From: Takakia lepidozioides
Taxonomy: Eukaryota > Plantae > Bryophyta
Length of the DNA: 7,000 nucleotides
Direction of reading: 5' to 3'
Assembly: GCA_030704615.1 (NCBI GenBank)
Contig: JAKLZA010000261.1
Span: forward strand, 1-7,000
Positions 1-7,000 of the stretch are shown one piece after another (position 1 is the first letter of the stretch; every line of letters begins with the position of its first letter). Below the pieces are notes generated by a model. The model worked only from the letters and a program-made list of their open reading frames with translations. It was not told where the DNA came from and ran no database searches. The position numbers and the translations under genes are program-made.

Positions 1-4
1 GGAT

Positions 5-1395
5 GGAAATGCGGCAACACATTTCCGTAGCACAGCTCCAGGCCGAATATACAAAACGGAAATGCGGCGCCGCATTTCCGTTCGAGAATGTCGGAAGGTG
101 CGACTCGAACGGAAATGCGGTGCCGCATTTCTGTACCCGTTGCGCACGATTTTCAGTCAGAATGGAAATGCGGTACCGCATTTCCGTTCTGTAGAGTATT
201 AACGTCTGACGCTGCGGAAATGCCTTCCCGCATTTTCGTTCCACAGCTCCATGCCTCACATACAAAACGGAAATGGCCGCCGCATTTCCGTTTTGGAATG
301 TCGGATGGTGGGACCGACGGAAAGAAATGGGTACCGCATTTCAATTCCGATGTTTCAGGATATTTCATCAGAACGGAAATGCGGTGCCGCATTTCCCTTT
401 TAAATCTAATACATTCCGTTCTGGAATGTTGGAGGTGCGACTCGGATGGAAATTGCCGCATTTCAGTTCCGATGGTTCACGATTTTCAGTCAGAACGGAA
501 ATGCGTGCTTTCCGTTTCTGGAATGATGGTAGGTGCGACTCGGATGGAAATACGTTGCCGCATTTCAGTTCCGATGGTTCACGATTTCAGTCAGAACGGG
601 AAAATGCCGCATTTCCGTTCTGGAATGATGGTAGGTGCGACTCGGATGGAAATACGGTGCCGCATTTCAGTTCAGATAGTTCACGATTTTCAGTCAGAAC
701 GGAAATGCGGTGCCGCATTTCCGTTCTGGATAGTTGAATGTCTCAACCGGTCGGAATTGCGCTGTATGAAGCTGTCGGAATCTTACTCGGCTCCAGGCAT
801 CAGATACAATGGAAATGCGGCGCCGCATTTCCTTATGGAATGTCGAAAAGTGCGACTTGGACGGAAATGCGGTGCCGCATTTCTGTTCCCGTTGTTCATA
901 ATTCTCAATCAGAACGGAAATGCGGTACCGCATTTCCGTTCCACCTTCACATACCGTGCTTGTGAATGAAAATGCGGTACCGCATTTCCGTTCGAGAGTA
1001 TGAATGTCTTTAAGGACGGAAATGTGCTGCAGCATTTCTATCCCTCAGCTCCATGCATCAGATACAAAATGGAAATGCGGCACCGCATTCCCGTTCTGGA
1101 ATGTCGAAAAGTGCGACTCGGACGGAAATGCGGTGCCGCATTTCTGTTCCCGTTGTTATAAATCTCAATCAGAACGGAAATGCGGTTACCGCATTCCGTT
1201 CCACCTTCACATACCGTGCTTGCTGGATGGAAATGCGTTACCGCATTTCCGTTCTGGAGAGTATAAAGGTTTCCCCCGGACGGAAACTCGGTGCCGCATT
1301 TCCGTCGCTCTGTGCATGACCAAGATGCAATACGGAAATGCGGCGCCGTATTTCCGTCCACCAGCAATCGAAGAATCACTCGGACGGGAAATCTG
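5..1395. repeat. Array of ~26 palindromic 22-bp repeats (GGAAATGCGG-YR-CCGCATTTCC) at ~53-bp period with recurring ~31-bp spacers; probably continues left of the window
   Basis: Seen directly. Copies start at about 5, 58, 111, 164, 216, 269, ~320, 375, 448, 497, 546, ~598, 648, 701, 753 (degenerate), 811, 863, 916, 968, 1018, 1071, 1124, 1176, 1229, 1282 and 1334, with a half copy at ~1386. The best copies extend to a perfect 28-bp palindrome, AACGGAAATGCGGTACCGCATTTCCGTT (913-940). Confidence 0.97.
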
Positions 1396-2499
1396 GAACC
1401 TCAATGGGTTGCATTGTTCCGAAACAACACAATTGCGGCCAGTTGATGAGCACAACTTGGTTGTCTGACCGTTTTAACCAGCAGTCCTGGCACTTGTCAG
1501 TGCGAACGTTCCTGTCTGCACGAATACTGCTGGATCCACCTCAGGAGAAACTGTCAGGAGATGTTATTTCGTCGCCGAATCGGCCATTGTCCTACTCACT
1601 GGCTATGGAATCAACCTCCCACCTTCATGCATGTAGCTTGAAACAATACTTTCCACTTCAATGTGCGACTTCCAATTGTCGATGGACTCCGCAGATCCAC
1701 TTAGATGGTGCCTGTGAGCCTTGGTCTGTCGCTATACTGAACCTCGCACTTGCCAACTCCGTGCGGTGTTCGATGGCTCCGAATTCTACGCTATAGTTTG
1801 CTGTCCTCCGCAACTTGGGAGAGCCTGGATCCCAAACGAGGGAGGACTTTGCAGAGTGACTGAAACTTACCTTTGTTCCAAATTCAAGCTCAAACCGGGC
1901 ACAGTTTATTTGGAAGAAGAAAGGAAGGATGTTCCTGGACAGGTTGACGAGACCATTGTCGTGCTAGGTAACGACGGAGGTTGCGGATCGAATGGCACGT
2001 TCCCCCGTCAGACACCATCCTGTACCGAGCTGTGGAATGCCCATTCCCTTTCCGAATCAGTCGCTGCCCACACCATCCACAAAGGAGTCCGGAAACCGAG
2101 AGGCGGCCACTGCCAACAGAGAGGTATGCAACGATAATCATTCCGACCTGGACCGTCAAGACCCTCCATAGCTTCTCGTGTGGACGTATTCGACATTTCC
2201 GACGAGGAAGATGATTGCATTGAGGTACCCATGTCCTCCACACGGTCGTTCAAATCCGGCATGGACGTCTCTGTAGGTGCTACGCATGTGCCCTCGAGCA
2301 TAACTCCAACCCGGTCCATTGTGCAGCTCCTACGACAACATCACCTCGATGGTTCTCGCTCCGAGCTGGCTGCTCTCGACTATGCCAAATTCCCAGTCAG
2401 AAAGGTAACTTTTCTGCCTCCCGAAGTCGATGGCAATGTCATTCGAGTTTCCCACCTGTTTCTTCGTCAAAGAAAGCCTCCGGGATGTTAACAGACATG

Positions 2500-2855
2500 G
2501 ATCGAAAGCATGACGGACACCCCTGGTGTGTGACGAAGACCAGTAGCACGAAAATTGTGATGGTGTTCGTGTACGATTATGTCCTCTGTGCGGGGGAAGC
2601 TGAGGTGCCTCAATCCCACCTGCTTCCACTTTCTCTCCAAAGGAGGGCGGAGAAACGAGACGGATTGGACTGGCACAACGCATCATCCATTCATTGTCTC
2701 CAGCCAAGCTCCTGCGGGTTCTTTCAAGTGTGCACATTGCAAAGAACCACCGACGTGCATGTCCATGTGCAGAGCCAAGCAATATTACGTAATCCATTTG
2801 CTCCCGGACTTGACTAGAGCTTGCATACACGTTGGGGTCCACTGCCACCCCTTGG
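2500..2855 (+). other. GCM-like (WRKY-GCM1 superfamily) zinc-binding DNA-binding domain
   Basis: Stitched translation: DGHPWCVTKTS...CAG/KLRCLNPTC...FKCAHCKEPPTCMSMCRAKQYYVIH...RACIHVGVHCHP. This parallels the recalled GCM layout GWAMRNT...SCLGVVVC...C...CPNC...PC...IFFQxKGxHDHP. Established: WRKY/GCM1/FLYWCH domains are the N-terminal DNA-binding domains of MULE transposases. Matched by eye only. Confidence 0.65.
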
Positions 2856-3289
2856 CGAGAGGCAACATGCGTGAGGGCTGTGCAGGAAGCACACGACATC
2901 ATAAAAGAGGAGGTGAAATTGAGCCCGGAGCCAGACCCAAAGCAGATTCAGCTGAAGGCAGCCACAAGATTTGCTCTTGGCAAAATCATGTCTGAAGATG
3001 GTCCGACCGAGAGCCCTTGACGAAGACGAGATGCGTGACCTCTTGGAGTCCGTCGCACGTTTGTAGTCCGAATGTGCGGAATCACATCGTATCTTGCAAG
3101 CAGGAGTTCGGCAGGGGGTCGGACATGTACTCAATCCTGGAGGTGAAACGAATGACTGGATATGACTACATCCAAGGTAGCAGGTTTCCAGGGCAAGGCA
3201 GCGAATCCGATCGTTGTTACATTTTCAAAATGTCGACGTGTGGGCCTGGGAGTGGAGTCGACTTGGTCACTCGCATGACAACTGGAAAC

Positions 3290-4010
3290 TTGTCGAATGC
3301 TTGGGTGATGTTTGATCACATCAAGCGAATTACAAACCATCAGTGGTGACTATGGGGTGCGCATGTTTATGACTATCACTCCAAGAGGCTCATGACGATT
3401 GCAATCTGCGAGATGAAAGGGGAGGACACACAGTCCGAGATGCATCTGTGGGGGCATAAACGAGCAGATGGCAAGGGCGGGATTGCCAGAGCCCAATTTC
3501 AGGGGATTCATGGCAGACAACGCTCAGGCCAACTGGGCAGCGGTGCGGCGTGTGTACGGTGAGGACCCCAATGTTCCAATGGAGGGGAAAGAGAGATCCT
3601 GTGGATTCCATTGGATGCAGAGTCTATCCCACTACACTACCAAAATTGTTGCTAGCTCATTCCAGGCTGAACACCGTGTCCTTTGTACGGCGTGGAAGGA
3701 TGCACCCACATTTGATGACGCGGAGGTTAAGTTTGCTATCATCGAGGCTTGGTGGAACACGTCAGGTGCAGTGGAGACAACCAATCTGGGAGCATTGCAC
3801 AGCTGGTTGGGGTGGTGGCATTTTCGGTATCGACAGTTCGGACAGTACATGCGGGAGGTAGGCTGCTGTCATTTTCGTTCATTTGTTTCTGTTACGGACA
3901 TTTCGATTGGTCCCTCACCGTTGTTTGTGTCCTTCTAGGAGCGGTGCTTGGATTCCGACACGGACATGCCGAACACGAATATGGCAGAATCGGTCCACTC
4001 CTCCTGGCGA
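3290..4010 (+). other. MULE-type DDE catalytic core
   Basis: D1 codon GAT 3314-3316 (VMFDH), D2 GAC 3516-3518 (FMADN), CxxH 3600-3611 (CGFH) and E GAA 3987-3989 (TNMAESVH, compare MULE TNNxxESxH). Between D1 and D2, an alternate frame reads AHVYDYHSKRLMTIAICEMKGEDTQS, which fits the RNase H strands followed by the MULE 'xEx' helix. Confidence 0.8.
3858..3938 (+). other. Spliceosomal GT-AG intron, 81 nt, phase 0
   Basis: Donor GAG|GTAGGC at 3858, a T-rich body, branch-like CCCTCAC (3912-3918), a pyrimidine tract and TTCTAG|G acceptor at 3937-3938. Removal deletes the in-frame TAG and joins ...QFGQYMRE|ERCLDSDTDMPNTNMAES in frame. Confidence 0.85.
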
Positions 4011-4980
4011 GCGTCTTCTGCCGCACATCTGGTGGACGTAGTGACGGCCACAACGGAGGACATCGACAGAGCAATCATGCAGCAAGCCACGTACTACAAG
4101 TTCCTGAGCGGCAAACAATGGGGCTTTGGGCCGGACAGGGAGGAATTGTTGGTACGAACAGCTTCGAGGTCCAAGAATCCAGTGAAATGGGCGACAGCAT
4201 TGCGAGAGAAGATCAAAGGGACGCCTCTGCACCGCAGAGGTGAAACACCTAGAGGGGGACGTCGGACTCGCCCTGTCAGGCGAGGATGAAGAGGAAACCC
4301 GGGTGCGAAGAGGATTCCTGGAGATCGACAGGAACATTCGACAGCACCTCGAGGGCCCGTCATGTTGCCGCACAATGTGTCTTCCAGCAGTGAAAGCCCA
4401 AGAAATTCCAGATCGCCGTCGCCTTCAACCGGGGATTTCGTGCAACAAATTCCCACCGCTCCCTTCCCCACATTCGCCCGCTGTTATGCAGTATGGCCAA
4501 GCCATTGTGGAGACGACTGTGTCTGCCTCACAGTGGAGAATTGCTCGCACAAAGCCGTCGTTTCGAGGAAGGTGTTCCGCAATTCGTGTGGATACACGGC
4601 AACGTTGTTTAGAGATGAAGGAGGAATCCAGATGGGGCTGTCCCTGCTCCTACTTTTACAGGAAGATTTGTCCATGCAAAGTTTGCGGAGGCGACAACCA
4701 CCCAGTTCTGGTTCTGCAGGCACGACATTTATGACTTGCGTGTATGGAAAGCCCAAGTACGGCATACAGACAATGCCAGAGGCTCCCCGGTGTGGCCGGT
4801 GGAACCAGGCTGCGATCTGAGTCAGGTTGAGGCCGACGCCCTTACCGCAGGATTTCGGATGGTGCAGCGCACTGACGTGCCCAGACAACCATTTCCGCTT
4901 CCAAGCCTCCACCACCGACCCCTGTGAGAGCAAGAACAATGGGACACGACAGCTCTAAGCATCCTACACACCGTTGGGGG

Positions 4981-5001
4981 AAACCGAAGAGGCGGCGACC
5001 T
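4981..5001 (+). other. Candidate nuclear localisation signal KPKRRRP
   Basis: Basic cluster in ORF 4924-5358, upstream of the SWIM finger. Confidence 0.4.
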
Positions 5002-5139
5002 CCCTCAAAAGTGAACGAGACAAGGATGGGGAATGCACTTCGGATGAACTGTACAATCCAGAGCTCGACAGAAGTGCCCCCACCAGGATTCGGGCGTGTG
5101 TATCAGATGGCCACGGCGGGCTCAGCTGTTCGCAATGAG

Positions 5140-5250
5140 GTGTACACCATCACCATTTCAGAATTACCCACCTGCAATTGCACCGACTTCCAGATCATGG
5201 CGAACAAGGGGGCATCATACTGCCCTTGCAAGCATTTGTACTACGTGTAC
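5140..5250 (+). other. SWIM-type zinc finger (CxC-x15-CxH)
   Basis: YTITISELPTCNCTDFQIMANKGASYCPCKHLYYVY: Cys at 5173, 5179 and 5227, His at 5233. SWIM fingers are typical of plant MuDR/MULE transposases. Confidence 0.9.
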
Positions 5251-5603
5251 CTAAAGAGACTCCGTTGTAATTCCACAACTCATCACTTCATACATGCACC
5301 AGGGTTGAGCCCCCAGGAGGTTCACACTCTTCTGAATATGGATCCAGGGGACCAGTGAGCTTGGCTTGCGGTCCACATACAATGGTACGCCCATCGGATA
5401 GTAGAACTGTACTGCTGCCAGTACCTCAGACTCTGGCCACACAAAGGTCCGACATATGTCTTGCCTACCAGTAACCTGTTTTGATCGAACTAAGATATTA
5501 CTATATCGTTCACTTGTTTCCACGTGCATGTATTTTTGTATGTTGGAGGGTTCATGTTTTTCTGCTTTCCGAAAACTTGCTCTCCTCATTCGACCTCCGA
5601 CAA

Positions 5604-5721
5604 GGAAATGCGGCGCCGAATTTCCAAGTATCGTCGTAGGTACCCCCAGAGGCGGCCTTCGCCAACACCAAACCGCTCCGAAATTTCGCACGTGCGAACC
5701 CTAATGCGGCACCCTATTTCC
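5604..5721. repeat. Degenerate downstream copies of the array palindrome
   Basis: GGAAATGCGGCGCCGAATTTCC at 5604-5625 (21/22 match to the CG variant) and AATGCGGCACCCTATTTCC at 5703-5721. A further half-site, GCCGCATTTCC, lies at 6074-6084. Confidence 0.8.
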
Positions 5722-5942
5722 CAGTTCAGTTGCAAACCTTTCCCGCCGAATACCCGAAGAAGACAGAATTGTGAAGTACTGCAGACTGTATTGGTGCAGA
5801 CTCCATTGGTTCAATCGCGGCAAAAGGGTCAGCTTCATTCCAATGTTAAGGCATGTAAAACCGCGGAATACTCTATACAGGCCAGTATGCGACGTCCTTT
5901 TGCAGTGGTATACTGGATTTCCCGTTGCACGGTCACTTATTT

Positions 5943-6189
5943 CCATGAGCGGATCTATAAAACCATGAGCGGACTTGTTACTGACGACATATCTTCGCCG
6001 CATTACATGATCTGGAACGTCCAAAAACGGCAAGGTCAAATAAAAAACTATTATTTTAATACTTGTTTAATCTGCCGCATTTCCAAATTTGGAGGAGTCC
6101 GCTCATGAAATCCGCGTATCTTAGACTTCGGCTCACCGCTCATGCGGCTCATGCGGCTCATGGCTCATGGCTCATGGTTTCTGCTCATG
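5943..6189. repeat. GCTCATG motif cluster (short tandem run plus inverted copies)
   Basis: GCTCATG at 6101, 6138, 6147, 6156, 6163, 6170 and 6183. Its reverse complement CATGAGC is at 5944 and 5964, within direct repeats CCATGAGCGGA (5943-5953, 5963-5973). Confidence 0.85.
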
Positions 6190-6203
6190 AAATAGTAAAC
6201 CTC

Positions 6204-6347
6204 CTATTGCGGCGCCAAAATAGCACGTCAGCATGAAAACTGCATGATGCCAGCGGAGTCGGGCCGCAGGGATAGCATACTCCAACTTCTCAATTTCGAC
6301 GCCGAAATAGCAAAGTTACACCGGCCTATTTCGGGGCCGAAATAGGC
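6204..6347. repeat. Second palindrome family CTATTTCGG-NN-CCGAAATAG (3 copies)
   Basis: CTATTGCGGCGCCAAAATAG 6204-6223, CAATTTCGACGCCGAAATAG 6291-6310 and GCCTATTTCGGGGCCGAAATAGGC 6324-6347. Confidence 0.75.
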
Positions 6348-6354
6348 AAACTAG
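6324..6354 (+). mobile_element. Candidate Helitron 3' terminus (hairpin + CTAG followed by T)
   Basis: Perfect 11-bp inverted repeat at 6324-6334/6337-6347, then AAA, CTAG at 6351-6354 and T at 6355. Established: Helitrons end in a hairpin plus CTRR and insert at A|T. The gap to CTAG is shorter than typical, and no Rep/helicase is seen. Confidence 0.4.
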
Positions 6355-6563
6355 TGGGAATATAGTTTGTACGTATCTTGTGGAGTTTTTGAGCCGAAAT
6401 ACTTTGAAAATTGATTATCCACCTTGACACACGGATAACATTGAGGCGTCATTTTTTCATCCGGCGGGAGCGGGATATAGACGATGCGGGATGTCAGGCG
6501 GCCAGGTGGCACCCTGGTTGCAGTGGCTCCATTGTTGGAGCCACCAGTGCTCATCCGCCATAA

Positions 6564-7000
6564 GGGGGTGGTTCAAATATCTTGGGTGGACTGTGCGACG
6601 TCATTATCATCGACAATACAGACGTCCTGTGCCCCTCCTTCGCAAAGATGCCATGCTTCCGGAACCAGGACGACTGCCCATATGTAGGCGTGGATTATGA
6701 ACTGTGTACGCCGAAATCGGGAGATGTCCTTATTTGGCTAAGACATATCACAGACGATTCTGGGGCGAAGCGAAAATCATTGACGGCGCTGGAGTATTTA
6801 CCAGGCTACTATGCTTTCGAGCGGGGTGAGGATTTTGGTCTTTCCAGTCCGTGGCTCCTGCACATCATTGACTCCGATTTTCCCACATTCAGTGGGCAGC
6901 CGGGCAGAGTACGCACGGCTCTGCTTTGGCAGTGGAACTGCTGCCAGTGGACCTGGGAGAACTCCATCCAAGAAACGTATACTCCTAAACGACTCCGCTC
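6564..7000 (+). CDS. Open reading frame of unknown function running off the window end (~145 codons, absent from the ORF track)
   Basis: Stop-free from 6564 (after TAA 6561-6563) to the edge: GGGSNILGGLCDVIIIDNTDVLCPSFAKMPCFRNQDDCPYVGVDYELCTPKSGDVLIWLRHITDDSGAKRKSLTALEYLPGYYAFERGEDFGLSSPWLLHIIDSDFPTF... It may join ATG 6484 via a frameshift. No family recognised. Confidence 0.35.

Larger units (their letters stand above)
1773..5358 (+). pseudogene. Mutator/MULE-family DDE transposase-like gene with GCM-like DNA-binding domain and SWIM finger; multiply frameshifted as given (true pseudogene or indel sequencing errors)
   Basis: The + strand ORF fragments 1721-2137, 2180-2491, 2485-, 2579-, 2832-, 3017-3349, 3468-3938, 3948-, 4240-, 4736- and 4924-5358 tile into one protein. 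MULE-like motifs are AWVMFDHIKR (D1), FRGFMADNAQANWAAVRRVYG (D2), ERSCGFHWMQSL (CxxH), WLGWW and PNTNMAESVHSSW (E). Stop TGA is at 5356-5358. The start is uncertain: ATG 1773 needs a small frameshift to join ...SEFYAIVCC. Confidence 0.8.
1..6084 (+). mobile_element. Putative autonomous-type MULE/Mutator-like element with palindromic subterminal repeats; true termini and TSD not identified
   Basis: A transposase gene flanked on both sides by the same palindromic motif. The left end lies outside the window and the right boundary is only approximate. Confidence 0.6.

Noticed and set aside
5-1355. Zn2Cys6 (Gal4-type) CGG-Nx-CCG sites
   Set aside because: The core matches formally, but no Zn2Cys6 protein is encoded here and conservation extends well beyond the CGG triplets.
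5-1395. Bona fide CRISPR array
   Set aside because: Spacers recur in ordered classes rather than being unique, repeats are degenerate throughout, no cas gene is visible, and the neighbouring gene has a spliceosomal intron.
5-1395. Bacterial REP/BIME array with a RAYT transposase
   Set aside because: The layout is superficially similar, but there is no HUH/Y1 motif; the adjacent enzyme is DDE-type and the context is eukaryotic.
3-1468. ORFs on both strands over the array (e.g. 88-969, 273-737, 694-1035, 1004-1468)
   Set aside because: They are translations of a stop-poor palindrome: the same peptides (EMRCRIS, KCGAAFP, GNAVPHF) appear in all frames and on both strands.
2124-2170. Second intron (AG|GTATGC ... 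CCATAG)
   Set aside because: The donor is good, but the interval is only 47 nt and not T-rich, and local indels explain the frame break equally well. Unresolved without RNA data.
1721-5358. An operon of many small separate genes
   Set aside because: Motifs continue across ORF boundaries in the order expected for one MULE transposase.
1890-5691. Minus-strand ORFs (e.g. 2330-2902, 3915-4373, 4484-4939, 5251-5691)
   Set aside because: No recognisable motifs; they are antisense shadows of the + strand transposase.
6039-6044. AATAAA poly(A) signal for the transposase
   Set aside because: It lies about 680 nt past the stop in an A/T-rich patch and cannot be distinguished from chance.
6324-6347. 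Rho-independent terminator
   Set aside because: No U-tract follows on the + strand and only three T on the - strand; the context is eukaryotic.

Overview
This window looks eukaryotic, based on a clear GT-AG intron, and is probably from a land plant; that taxon guess comes from recall and is unverified. It is dominated by one DNA-transposon-like unit. Bases 5-~1395 hold about 26 copies of a 22-bp palindrome (GGAAATGCGG-YR-CCGCATTTCC) at a ~53-bp period. The ~31-bp spacers fall into about 5 recurring classes arranged as higher-order repeats, so the array looks CRISPR-like but is not a CRISPR. Bases ~1773-5358 (+) are best read as one large gene of roughly 1,150-1,200 codons, broken by many small frameshifts and one 81-nt intron. 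It encodes a GCM/WRKY-like Zn DNA-binding domain, a Mutator (MULE)-type DDE core with all three acidic residues plus CxxH, an extra Cys/Trp domain and a C-terminal SWIM finger. Degenerate copies of the palindrome recur downstream (5604-5721, 6074-6084). After them come a GCTCATG repeat cluster, a second palindrome family, a Helitron-like hairpin plus CTAG|T end (6324-6355) and an unannotated open frame running off the right edge. The main hypothesis is that the array is a phased set of binding sites (half-site ATGCGG, similar to the GCM motif ATGCGGGT) for the adjacent GCM-domain transposase. All domain calls come from motif recognition by eye; no database search was run.
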